This document shows, piece by piece, positions 1 through 12,800 of a DNA stretch of 20,000 bases (positions are counted from its first letter, which is position 1; every line of letters begins with the position of its first letter). The notes below the pieces were generated by a model. It was not told where the DNA came from, ran no database searches, and saw only the letters and a list, made by a program, of their open reading frames with translations. The DNA is from Peribolospora baueri (taxonomy: Eukaryota): the NCBI GenBank assembly GCA_029717555.1, contig JAMDHS010000025.1, forward strand, positions 230,074 to 250,073, given 5' to 3'. Both the position numbers and the translations under genes were made by a program.

Positions 1-870
1 TCTGCAAGTCCGGACGGAGACGCCGGCGTCCCTTCTTCAGGTACGGGTTCAGCGTCTTGTGGCTGCACCTCAGAATCCTCCGCTCCCTTGGCCGAATCGT
101 TTTCGCCGTCGATGTCCGATTCGGGCCCTTCCGCCTCGTCTCCCTGCTCCTCTTCCTCCTCCCCGAGATCCATTTGGTCAGGCAAATCTAGCGTCTCCGC
201 GTCGGGAATCTGAGAATCGAGACGGGAGCCCTCCGCATCCGTCTGACCTTGGTCGTCCTCATCTTGGTTGGCATCATCTTGAGGAGCATCCTCCCCTTGT
301 TCCTCCTCAGCGTTGGGTCCGTCGTGTTGCTTGGCCTCAGCGTCCTCAGCATCTGCTGATCGCTCTTGCTCCTCGGGAGGAGCCGGAGACGAGCGATCCT
401 TCTGCGGAGGAGTCTGGGTGTCGTCTTCCTTAGCAACCATGTCGGATTTGTCCTGCTTGTTGCTTGACCGGTCCTGATCAATTTGGTCGTCCTTGTCCTC
501 GGACCCAGACTTAGTCTCATCACCCCAGAGCTTCTCGTCTACGGCATTCGGATCGAGGGGGTCGACATTGTCCATGCGCTCCTCCGGGTCCTCTTCTTGC
601 TCATCCTCCTCGTCACCTGATTGGTCCATCGTATCCTCAGCCTGAGCATCAAAGTCGTTGGACATCTCGACGGCGTTCTTGTTGGCCTCGGTCTCGCCCT
701 TTGTCTCCTCCTGTTCCTGCTCGCCTCGAACGCCCTCCATTTGAGATTCGTCCTCGATTTGATTGGAAACGTCCTCCATCCCTTCACCCTCTCCGACGCC
801 CGTGCCGTCCTCCAACGCCTCAGCAGGCCCGCTGTCGTCTCCGTGGCCGCTTCCATCGTCTGCGTCCGGT
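1..870 (-). other. MDN1: Asp/Glu-rich low-complexity tail of midasin (partial)
   Basis: The minus frame in register with exon 11 reads highly acidic sequence: GTGVGEGEGMEDVSNQIEDESQMEG, DPLDPNAVDEKLWGDE, DIDGENDSAKGAEDSE. The plus strand is correspondingly TC-rich. Confidence 0.9.
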
Positions 871-3800
871 GGCTTGCAAAAGCCCTGCTCCGTCAGCCTC
901 GTCACCATTGAGCAGAGGACGTAGATGAGCTTGAGAAGGCACTTGTACCAATGTGCTGATGCTGTTACGTGAGCTTGGGCGACCGCGACATAGGCGCTGA
1001 GGAAGGGCGACAGCCGGCGGAGTCCGAGGCTTACGCTGCCAATGTCTGTTGACGTTGTTAGAGCGGCCAGATCTTCGAGTTCGTTGATAATCTGGTCAGG
1101 TTGAAGTGCCCCTTGAATCTTGCGAAGTCGCATCCGGTCTGCGATTGCAATGGCTTGTTCGTCTTCATCCGTCTCACCTACCGCCAGAGCCTTCTGTGAG
1201 CTGACGAGGATGACATTGATGGTGCGGTCCACCTGGCGGCTCAGCCCATCTTCATTACCGGAAACAGTGCCCTGAGATCCGGATGCCAGAGCTTGGATAT
1301 CATGGGCGGTAACAAGACAATCACTGAACCACTCCGCTATTGGCACGAAGAGATGGCTCAAAGGGGGCGCCTCGACCGCCCATTTTTGAGAAATGGAAGC
1401 AGTCTTGATGACAAGATCCGCCGCGCGCAGTAGCTGCTGGCTCTCCGAGCTCGTTAACTTGGCGAAGATCGAAACTGCACATTGGATGTCCTTCATCCAC
1501 CGGGCACACTCAACTGCCTGTGACCGCAGATCAGCCACTGTGCGCGTGAGGCCTTCCACCTCAGGCAAGGGTATGGGCAGCATACTCGCGTAAAGTGCTG
1601 TCTCAGTAGAGACCTCGGCGAGGGCGTCGACCAGTTGGTGCAATATGGTCTCCAAGGAGGAGATTTTCTCTTGAGAGCCTTCGACAGACAGCAATGACCC
1701 TGCTGACGCCAGAACTTGCATCCTCCGCTCCATCGCTTGAAGTTTGCCCACGTGCCAGAGAAGGTTTGCAATGCGAGCTCGCTCCCCGAAGGCCATGGAC
1801 ATGGCTGACTCCACTGAGTTAGCATCTTTGCGCAGTTCGGACAGCGGCAGATCTGGATGAGGGCTCAGAAGAGCATGGCGCATCTTGGGCAGAGAGGCGA
1901 GCAAACGGAAATGGTACTCGTTCGCCCTTTGAAGAAAGACAGCGGCGGAAGAACCGGTACTGGGCGTGTTGTCCGGGTAAGGCTGACCGTAGACGAAGGC
2001 GGAATCAGTGTGCTGCGACATGACCTTGGCCTTTACCGATGAGGTGAAGCCCATCTCCTTCTGGACAACGGCACGGAATCTCTGCCAAGCGGCCGTCTTC
2101 CGCCTTGTCAGCTCCTTGATGCGCTTGGCGTTGTCTTCGTTGGCCACCGCTGGGGTTTGTGTGGCCAAGTCCCGTGCCGTGGCCACAACCTCCTCCACCA
2201 GATCGTCCATTCGTTCGGCCTGATGCGCCAGGACACTGGGCACGATCTTGTCCCTGACCAGGACCGAGAGGACTGCATACGTCCGAGCCAGGTCGGACAA
2301 ATGCTTTGGGCCCTCGTTCGGGCCCTCAGCTTGCGACTGTGCCGTGGTCTCGAAATAGCGAGGATCCAGATCTTGAAGATACACTCCCGTGCCAGTGATC
2401 TGAGTCGGCTCTGGGAAGGGTCGTGGCTCGCCATCGCTAGCCATGGAGGCCATGATAGGATCTGTCGGCTGCCGTAGAATGTCGCGGAGCTTCCGGATAC
2501 TCTTGTACAACTGACGATGTGACTTCTGAGCGCTAGCCTTAAGAGCGTGAACATTGATGTCCTTCCACGAGGCAAGCTGAACAACCTCACGGACTTCCTT
2601 CTCCACGCTCTCCCGCTGCTCTCGGATGATCATGTCGACTCTTCCGACATGCTGAGAATAGAACGCCTGGACGTTCATACAAACGGTAGCAGCCTCTTTG
2701 AGACCAGCCACGTCTGCACCGGTGGCGTTGCAAATCAGTTGAGAGATGTGAACCGAGAAAGACCGTAAAAGATCGACGCGTGCCTTAAACTGGCCGAGAG
2801 GACTTGACCGAACGAACTGATCCAAGACGGAGACGAGGCTGCGGACGTGACTAGCGAGAGCGCCGTTGTTGTCATCGGTGGACTGGGCAGCAGCACGAGT
2901 TCCCTGGACGACCGCTTCGTATAGTCTGAACCACCATTCAGCGACATCTTCCGCAACGGCGCGCGATTCGGCACTGAGCAACTGGGGCCACGATGCAAGC
3001 TCGAGCCGGCGCCATCCCACGATCAAGTCAGAGATCTGCTGCCGGTGAAGCGCAAGTGTCGTCTCTGAGCTGGCATAGCCTTCCCAATCCTCCGAGTGCA
3101 GGAGTAACTGCTCCAAGGCAGAAAGGAGCCGGGGGAGCGGACTATGTAATTTGATGTTCAAGATGGCGTCGACACGCTCTCTGAGATGGTGTAAGATCAT
3201 CTGCTCCGGCCACTCGCTGATCAATGCTGCCAGTCGCGCATGCAGGCCGTTGAGGATCGCTAGTGCTTTACGTGCCTCTTGAATATTCGGCTGCCGGTAG
3301 AAATCGTACTCTGAAGGGACCGTTTGGAAGTTGTTCAATTGATCGCCGAGAAGAGCAAATTGGAAGGCCGCACTATCGAAGTCGAGGCCTGCAGGCGAAT
3401 GCTCGTAGATACCGGTAATGACGCCTTTGAGAGTGTGGCGTCGAGCGTTCCGGAACGCATCGCGAGCTGAGAAAGTCTGGCCTTCTGACCCGAATAGACG
3501 ATCGTACGTTCGGTACGTCTGAAGGATGTCGTCCCGCTGCAAGTGACCGCGCTGAGACGCTGGCGTACGTTCCGACCCGCTGGAACGAAGGTTGTCACCT
3601 CCCATCACGTCATCGTACTCAGGGAACATGCGCCTAAACTCGGCTTCCGCCTCCGCTTCTTCGTCGAGATTGGTCTCCTCATGGCGAACCTTGTAGAGGC
3701 TTTGCGCTTCGACCCGCGCCCGTTCCTCACGCTCGCGATCAAGCATCCAAAGGTTGAACAGCTGGTCAAAGGCGACACTGATATGTCGCAAGCTTGCTTG

Positions 3801-6800
3801 GGGAGCAATGCCAAGGTCGGCACCATACGCGGAAGCATAGAGTGAAAGAAGCAAGAGACTGGCTGGAGGTAAGGCCGAGGCAAGCCGATTGACCTTGGAG
3901 ACGTCGAGACAAGCCAGGCGATCAGCGGCGCGACTCGTAGGGAAGCAAGTGAGATGTTCCACGAGGACAATGCAAGAGGCGGCCTTCGGCGAGACATGTT
4001 TTTGGAGAGCTCCTTGCCAGGCAAAGCGAAGCCCGAGCCGACATAGACCTAGGGTAAGGACGAACGGCTTGAGGATGTCGCTAAACCTCTCCCCGTACAC
4101 CTTGTCCAATCGGCGAAGGAAGTTGGACGTTGAGGTCTGTAGTCCGGCTTCTCGTTGTGGCGCTTGCTGATCGCCGTGGCTCAAAGCCGCCTGAAGGTCA
4201 AGCAACTGGCGCTCTTGATAGAACTGCTCCATGAAGGAGTGGATCTCTTGATACATGGCAACGAGGGCCGACAAATCACTGGAGCGGCTGGTTGGTATGG
4301 ACTTGAGTTGCTGCATCTCTGCTCGAACGGCGTTGATCTCGCCGTCGAGCAGACGGACCTTCAAGTTCGAGGTCGAACCAGTAATGTTTCGTTCTGCAGC
4401 CACCCTGATCTGCCGCTCTGTTGTTAGCATAGAAAGTTGACGTTGCAGGAAATCCCTCCGACCATGGTGCGCGACCGCAGGATCAAGGGGTACGTTCGGC
4501 AGATAGAGCCGCAGCATGAGTAAAGCGACCTTAGAGAACGCGTTACCGAGCTGGAACAGATCCACGGTTTGCGATTGAGAAGGCGTAATCGCCTCACGCA
4601 AAGCTTCCAAAATCAGCTCTGCCTTGTAGCAATCCGTTGGCGACAGAGCGGCAAGTTCCTCGTCCTGTAGCACGAGGCTCTTGCCGTCGACCACATCGCC
4701 CATTGTAGATCGTTTGATCGCGTCGTGGCTTAGCTGGAGCAACCGAGATGGAAGGACAGCGTCCATGCTTGCAAGGAACTAATCCAATCAGTTGGGAAAG
4801 TGTTGATTAGTTTCTCGTCTCCTGTCATAACTAAACTTGATAGAACGTGCAAGACTCACGACCTCGACGCTGCTCAAGAGGAGGCGGAGGAAACCCTTTT
4901 CGAAAGACCACTTTCCTGTGAAAGAGACGAGCGTTCGGATGGTGGCGAGGCGTTTCACGGACCCATGGTGATCGGCGAGCGTCCGCAAAGACGTGTTCGA
5001 CAAGTCGCCACTAATCCCAATGAAAACGCACTATGAGCAATAGCAATTTGGAATGAGCCGTGGCAGATTCGCTCACCATTCGGTCGCGAGCACCCTCAAA
5101 GCAGCCGGACGCAGGAGACATTCAGGACCGACGGCAAAGTCGAAAACCTACGAAAGGAAGGCAGTCAGCATAAGATCCAGCCATTGTCACAGGGACTGAC
5201 ACTTACAGGACCATCCATCCAACGCCATATCCGCTCCATCCAGCTAAGAATTGCTCCGATGTGCGAGCTGCGATTTGGCAATACTATCAGAGTCGAGAGA
5301 ACAAACACTATGATTAGGCCCTTTCACATACTTCTTTGTACTCCTTGCCTGCTGACCACACTTACATTCACCGACTTCGAGCCTCCATAGGTCCTGTTTG
5401 AGCACCACGGCCGCATCGAGCGGGTAACACGGACTGGCCATCACAGCATTCAGGAGAGCCTGTCTTTGCTCAAAAGTCTTTTGAACACGGGAACACGGAA
5501 AGTCAGAACGAAGAGCAACCAAGAACATCATAAAATGAACAACACACCTCGCGCCTAGATGTGACTAGCGCCATTAGCTCTCCCTCTAGGAGTAGCACGC
5601 TCTCCAAATCTTCTCCGAGCGTGCGTGGGCGACTGTCCTTCGGAGGCGAATTTGAAATATTAAGAACAGCCTGTAGAAGTAGAGCCTGGTAAGCGGCGGG
5701 CCGTATCAAGCATGACACCTGACTGCCCTTACCTTCTCTGTACGCTCAGCAATCTCGAGAAGCTCGCGACGTTGCACAGGAGACCAGTCTGGGGTGCTCA
5801 GCATCAGCGTCGAGCACGTGTCGACGAGAGTCTTGAGCAAGTCTGCAGACGCGTCATTGGTAAGCGCTTTGCCCGCCCAGTATAGCAAAATTCCTTCGAT
5901 AGTCTCACCAGGAGATAAGTCTTGGCGACTAGCTGAGGCGGTGAGACGGGTCAGCCGCGCCGCCATGGCCAGAGTACTCGTGTCATCGTGCGACGGGAGG
6001 AACGTCGACCAGATCTCCTGCATCGCATGACCAGTCGACAAAGCCACACGACCCTTCAAGGCTATGGCCTGCGCATGCAAGCCGTCCAAAGCCTGTTTCC
6101 AACCCATTTCGTCAGAATTGACAGCATTGATTGCTTCCAAGATCCAGGAGAGCACGACTTGAACGAGGGAGAAGTTGAACTGGGCAAAGGTGCTGGCTTC
6201 CTCAAGGAACGAAGCGTAGCGGAGCAGCTGAGATAGACTGTGTAACCCGGTCTGTGGGAGGAGAGGGGCAAGAAGTTATGAGCCTAGACGAAATGGCGAA
6301 ATGGGTGAGATCTCCCAATGTAGTAGCCTTACCAGACCAGCGTGGGCGTTGACGGTGGAGTTACAGATCATAACGACGGCCTCCCTTATAGAAATAATCA
6401 ATGGCGCTACCTTTTCGACGCCGGAAGTCGCACTGTCACTCGGTAGCCTGCCCGAGTTGATGAGGAGGGACCGTTCCAGGGTCGACAGAGTCGGCAAGGG
6501 CTTCGACGCTGCCACAGCAATTGCAGCCCGCAGGGCCGACTGAGACTGTACAGCCTCGACGACCAGTTGAAGGCTTTGGACGAGTCCCAGCTGACCAGGG
6601 GTAACTTCCTCGTCGAAAACTTCGGATGAGCCAGAACTGCGCTCGACAGTGTAGGGGTTGACGAAGGGATCGCAAGGCTTCGTCGTCGAGCGAAAAGGCA
6701 ATCCCGCGATTAGGGTCACGACAAGGCATAGGAGACATGTTCATGAGTCAAGCTCACCTGAAGGGAGAAGAAGCTAGGTTCAACTTTACGACAAGCGCTG

Positions 6801-9800
6801 ACGAGCGCCATGGACTTGTCAAGCCTCTCAACGACACCTTGGGTAGGGAGAAGCTTGACAACCGCGCTCGTTTGTGAACCCTGTGGCCCAGAAATCGCAT
6901 TCCCGAGGTAGATGAGCAAGCGACAGGCAGCGGAACGCGCCTTCAATGGCATCGACTGCACAAAATGCAGAAGAGCGGCGCGGCCACGATTTTCCATGCC
7001 AAGTTCGTCATGCTCGCAACATGGAGCGCCAAGAAGAGGGGATGCGCTCTGCAACAGCCACAGGAGAGCTGAATCGTCCGTGAGAGAAGACCAGGCCGCA
7101 GAAGCGATAACTTCACGACTGGCGAATTTCATGGAAAGCGGGCCCGCTCCGCGTCGTGATAGCTGGCCGGTCAGAGAGCGACTGCTGAGGGCTGATCCCC
7201 TTGCTAGCCACGACAGGCGGCCTGTGTCAACTGATCCTGAAATGGGCGAATTGAGACTGATCTCGACTCCTCGGTTACGCATCGCGCGGGACAATTCGCC
7301 ATGCTGGGGATCACAGAGCATGAAGAGGCGAAAGTCGGGGTGTGGTTTGATGACTGGAACTTCTCCATCGATGATGCTCCTCTCGGTCAGGGTGATTACT
7401 CCGTTTGGTTCGAAAAGAGAGTTTAGTCGGTCGAGAACTGACGCGTTGCAGAGGTTGGCGTGATCAATGAGAAGCCACGAGCCCTCCTTCATGGCGCGAA
7501 CGAGGGGCCCTTCCTTCCACTCGAACCGCCCTCCACCTTCCATCGGCGTCTCTGCCAATGACCGTAGATGGGCCATGATTGGCGCGAGGTCGTCTTGTAC
7601 GTCCCCTGCGACGGCGCTGACCTGCTCTATGGAGGCATTGACGACCTCCAAAGCTTGCCGGAAACCCAACACCTTCGGTCCGGATACCAGTGCTTTACCG
7701 GTTCTGCAAAGGTCCCCTTGCACTGCGTGAAGGCGGCTGGCTGCCTCCCTCGCGTCGCTGTGCCACAGAGAAGAAACCAAGCGTTCAACCAAAGCAGAGA
7801 GTCTTTCGATGACAGAGCCGAGGCTCGACCACTGGCCCGCCTGCTCGAAGCTACCCAAGAGCTCCATCGTGTCTACGCCCGAGTTCATGCAGAACTCTTC
7901 CAAAGGACAGCCGCGAAGCTTGGCCAGATGCCGCACCAGGCTCGTCTTGCCCGTGCCGCTCCGACCAGTAAGAATGACAAGCCACGACAGCTTGAGGCAG
8001 TCGCACACGGCCTCAAGGGGGGCAAGATGGTTCTGGAGAAGTGTGGTCTGTCCTTGAAGCGGGCTGTCGTGCTTCTGCTGCCGAGCTAACAGGGCGTGAC
8101 CAAATTGTGCATATCCGGGCGTAAGAGAAGGCCACGGCTTCGAGCGATTTGCCAGAGTGCCCGGTCCGAAGACTTCCTCAAAGACGTCCATTGCTCGAGC
8201 GCGATCTTCGACAGTTCGGAAACGGTTGAAGTAAATTGTGCCAACGTACTCGCTGGGTGTGCGAACGGCGCTGAGATCACCTTCGGCTGACAAAAGTTCT
8301 AGAAAGCGCATCAAGTCGCGCAAATTGAACTCCCAAGGACTTCCCAGCTGTCCAAATGAGCGTTTCATCATAGTCTCCTCGAAAAGGCGAGTGTTGAAAG
8401 TAATCATCTTGCGAAGGGTATCGTGCGGGAATGCGGGGTATAGATGCGATGCGATGATGAACACGTCTTGGGGCAAAAGCTCTTGAACGAAAACCTTGGT
8501 GAAGCGATCGAGGAACGATTTGGGAAGACCTTTGCGCCCACCGCCTTGATTGTGCGGGTTCTGGGCGGCGAAAACACGGAATTCTGAGTGTTTTGGAAAA
8601 CTGCGACCCAGCTCAGGGACGAAGACAGTCCCGCGATGATCAAGACACGAGTTGAGGCCTTCAAGGACCGCTTGCGAGGCCAGGTTGAGCTCGTCGAGGA
8701 GCACCCAGTCACCCTCGCGCATGGCCGACAGAAACGCAGCGTCCTTCCAGCCGAATTCGCCCGCCTTGCCGCCTTCCACTGGCAGATCAGCGCCAAAGAG
8801 GTCGGTGAGGTCAGTCTGATCCGAAAGGTTGATGCGGCACAAACGATGTCCGGTAGCGTTGGCCAGAGCAGAGATCAGACTCGTCTTTCCTGCTCCCGGA
8901 CTGCCCTCGAGAAGAATCGCTTTTGGAACCTGCAACGCGCGCAAGACACGCAGCGCATTATCAGCGGTAGTCGGCGCTTGCAGACTGAAGGGCGTGTCAG
9001 GAGACGCATGGTGACCAGTTGGGATCTCGAAAGGGCCGATGGCGAATGAATTGGAAGAGCGAACGATCTGAGTCCTCGTCGCTGAACCGAGATCCACCGA
9101 CTCGGGATGGACAAGCCGAACGATCTGTTCATGGCAGCGCTGTCGAAGCGCGGTGCGATGGGCAGGAGACATGGACGCTGTGACCGGTCGAGAGCCAATG
9201 GAGTCGACAATCGTCATCAAAGCCCCATCCACAAAGGCTTGAGAGGCACCCACTTGGGCCGCCGAAGCGTTGATGAAGAAGACCCAGGCCAAAAGGTCTC
9301 TGAGGCCCACCCCAGCCTGCTCCTTGCCGCCAACCTCCGCGGCGAACCATTCGGAAAAGTCGAGCACTAGGGACGCGTAACGTTGCAGCTCTGGGGTCTT
9401 CAGCTTTGTCTCGACGATCTGAAGCAGGTCCACCCGATTGTCGACGTGGGGTACCCAGATTTCGGTGAAACGGTTGCGGAGGGCGGGCGACAGCTCCTTC
9501 TTCCCGTAGTCGCCGCCAGGGTTCATCGTGGCGAACACTTGGAAGCCGGGAACAGCAGTGACGTGCGTGTGCTCCTCAAAGCGGGAGGAACGCTCGGCCA
9601 ACACAAGGGACCGGCCGGGTTCAAGGACGCTGTTCAAGCGCTCCAGGACCGAGTCGTCAGCGAGGGAGATTTCATCGAGGAGGAGGAATTGGCCGGTGCG
9701 CATCGCCTGCACCAGCGGCCCATCGTGCCAGTCGAACAGCGCCATGGACTGCTTGATCCGTCTGGCAAGATCGATGACATCCGTTTTGCTAACTGTCGAA

Positions 9801-12800
9801 GGCGCAGACACAAGCTCATCCCATCGCCTGGCCAGCTTCTCCAGGCCATCGGCGAGCTCATCCAGTGAGGCTTCTAGAGCGAGCGACGGGTCTTCGGCGT
9901 CGACCTGCGAAAGATATTCCACCGCCTGAGTCCGTAAAGCCGCTTGCAAAGCAGCCTTGTTCCGGACAGGGCGTTGACCGCCGAGAAGGTCAGCCGTGTC
10001 GGTGTTCTGGTGTAGGTTGACAGTGTGAAGTTCGCGGCCGAACGCCCGCGCAAGAAGCTCGCAGACGCTGGTCTTGCCGCTGCCCGTCTCACCCACGAGG
10101 AGGACCGGCTCGTCACATCGCAAAGCTGTTGCGACTAGAACGTACAGCCGCTGCATGGCGCTGGTCCACACGACGCCCTCTTCCGCAGAAGCGGGTAGAC
10201 TGACGCCTAGCCTGTCGCGCTGAGTGGCCTCATCCATGTGCGAGACAGAGTACAGAGAGGCCTCGTCGATGCGAACCTTCATCATCTGCTCGATCACCTC
10301 CTTGACCGTCGCCTTATCGTCCGGCCTCCTCGCTCGCTCGGCCAGAAGCATGTAGCCGTTCTCAGCCAGCTGCTGGTAGCCGACGGCCTCTCGACCGGCC
10401 CATCGGAAGAGGTCGCGAAGGGTCGCAAAGCTGTGCTTCGTCTCAAAAACGCGGTTAGACTGCCGTCGGCGCTGGAGTTCAGCGAAGACTGCGACGATCT
10501 TCGCAGCGTACGAAGGCGCAATCTTGCAGCGCTGACAGAGGATGATCTCTAGCTCGGCTTGAGGCACGTCGTCCACATGAACCTCGAGGAAACGGTTGCG
10601 GAATGCGCGACTGAGGACCTTCCTGCCGGCGTAAAGTCCTGGAGGGTTCTGAGTGGCGAAAAGCATGAAGTGCGGGTGGGGACGGACGACCTCTTGAGTT
10701 TCCGGAACGATCAGCTCGCGGTTGTCGTCGAGAAGGCGATTCAGAGCTTCGAGCACATCCGTCGGTGCAAGGTTGAGTTCATCCAGAACAATCCAATGCC
10801 CTTCCTTCAGCGCTCGGACCAAGAGGCCCTCCTGAAAGACGAGCTTGCCCGAGTCGGGATCGGTAGCGTAGGAGCCCAAATACTCCTGGATGTCGGTATG
10901 CTCGTGGTTGTTGACCCGCACGAAACGATGGCCGGTTCGCCGGGCGAGATACTCCACCGCACTCGTTTTGCCAGCTGATGTGGGTCCTTGGATGAGCACT
11001 GGGAAGCGTCGCGTCAGGATGGCGCGGGACAAGTCGACCAGTTTGTTCTGGACAGATGCCGTGAGGACATACTCGTCGACGGAATCGAGAGGCAGCGGTC
11101 CCGTTTCGAGCCAGAAGGGGCCGATCTGAATATGACTGCTCTGCGTAGCGCCGGCGGGAGCTGGCGGCACGAAAGACAAGGCCTGTCGAGGGTTCTTCGC
11201 ACCCGCCATGATGTGCTTCTCTGCGAGCCCGCGAACGACAGAGGCGCTCTGGTCGTTGAGGAGCATCGTAAACGTCATCAACAAGCCCTCCCAGAGCGCT
11301 CTCCTGAGTCCGTACGTGGGAGCGACGTCTGCGGCAAAGGTGAGAGCGCGAGCCAGGGTCCGCATGCTGTAGTGCGGGCGTTGATTCGAACCGTCCGCAA
11401 GCTGATGTGTCTGAGCGAGGTGTCGAGCGGCAACGTAAAATTCGGCGACGTCGAGCACGACCGCGCGATCACCTGCGGCCTGCTGGCCGATGTACCTCTC
11501 GACAATGCTCGTCAGCGCATCCCTATCCCTATCCGGGCTCGGCACAAACAGCTCCGTGAAGCGGCTGCGTAGCCCGACAGGAAGGTCTTTCTTCCCGACG
11601 TCCGTGGCCGGGTTCATGCAAGCGAAAAGACGGAAATCGGGATGACGAGGGATCGGCTCCAAGTCGCCTCGCTCGGTAAGGACGACGCTGGCATCCGGGC
11701 TCTGAAGTAGACCGGAAAGGCAGTCCAGTGTCTCGGGAGCGGCCAGATTGAGCTCGTCGAGAAGGACCCAGTCGCCGCGGCGGAGGGCCCGGACCAACGG
11801 CCCTTCGACGAAGGAGAAGACGAGAGTGGGGCGCTTTCCTGCGTGCTGCACCTCGAAGTCTCTGGCGCGGGAGTCAAAATCGGTCCAAAGCGAGTCGAGG
11901 TCCGTGTGATGCACACGACGCTTCTTCTTCGGACTGGGAGCGGCAAGTACTTCCCCATCAACGGCCCCAGAAGCGAGTGCGCTCAACCCCCCTTTGGCGC
12001 CCGACCTCTTCCGCACTTTCTCCAACGCCGTCGGAACCGTCTTGCGCCACGCCTTGGCGAGCTTGGCCCAGTCGCCGTTGGCGTATGCCTTGCGCTCAAA
12101 ATCGAGCGGCCGGGAGTTGGTCGTCACATCGAACGTCTTCCCGAAAAGCGTCACCCACTCGTTGTGCAGTGCCGTCGCGGGGACCTTCGCATCCAGTGGC
12201 CGGAACGCACCCAGGAGATCCGAACTTTCGGTCTGCTGACTGAGGTTCAACGCGATGAGATTTCGGCGGGCCAGGTGAGCGAGTTGCTGGACAGCCGTCG
12301 TTTTTCCCGTTCCCGTCTCGCCGACCATGAGCACGGGTTCAGAGAGGTGGGCGCAGACGGCCAGCCGCTCGAGAAGGATAGCGGACGGGCGAGTCATGGC
12401 GAAGTTGGGGGCGAGGGAGGAAGAGGCGCGCGACTGACCGCCTTGAGCGGCGGTGGCGAGACTAGCGCGGCCTATGCGAACCACGTCCGAAGCAGCACGC
12501 GAACCGCGTTCTTGAACCACTTCAGGCGTACGCATGTTCAAGCCCCACTCGGCCCGTTCCCTGCTGAGACCAAGACCTTCGGCAAGGGTTCCGACCACGG
12601 ACGTGCTCCATTCCGCAGAGTCAGCAAGCTTGGCCTCGGGAGCGGCACCGACTGCGATGCCGGAGGACAGAGACCCGAGAAAGACGTCGCATGCCTCGAT
12701 GAAGATCTCCTCCTGAAGGATCGGGTTCGCAAAGAGGTTCAGTGCGGCGGCGTTCGTCGGTGGTAAGAGGCTGTTTACGCGGCGACACCACTTGATTAAG

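Noticed and set aside
59..4440. Numerous short ORFs on both strands, including Arg/Thr-rich and Leu/Pro-rich ones
   Set aside because: They are alternative-frame or antisense readings of the long MDN1 exon 11. That exon is probably missing from the ORF track because it runs off the window without a stop.
11843..12766. 307-aa plus-strand ORF and other ORFs antisense to the AAA exon
   Set aside because: No recognisable motifs; long antisense ORFs are expected opposite GC-rich coding sequence.
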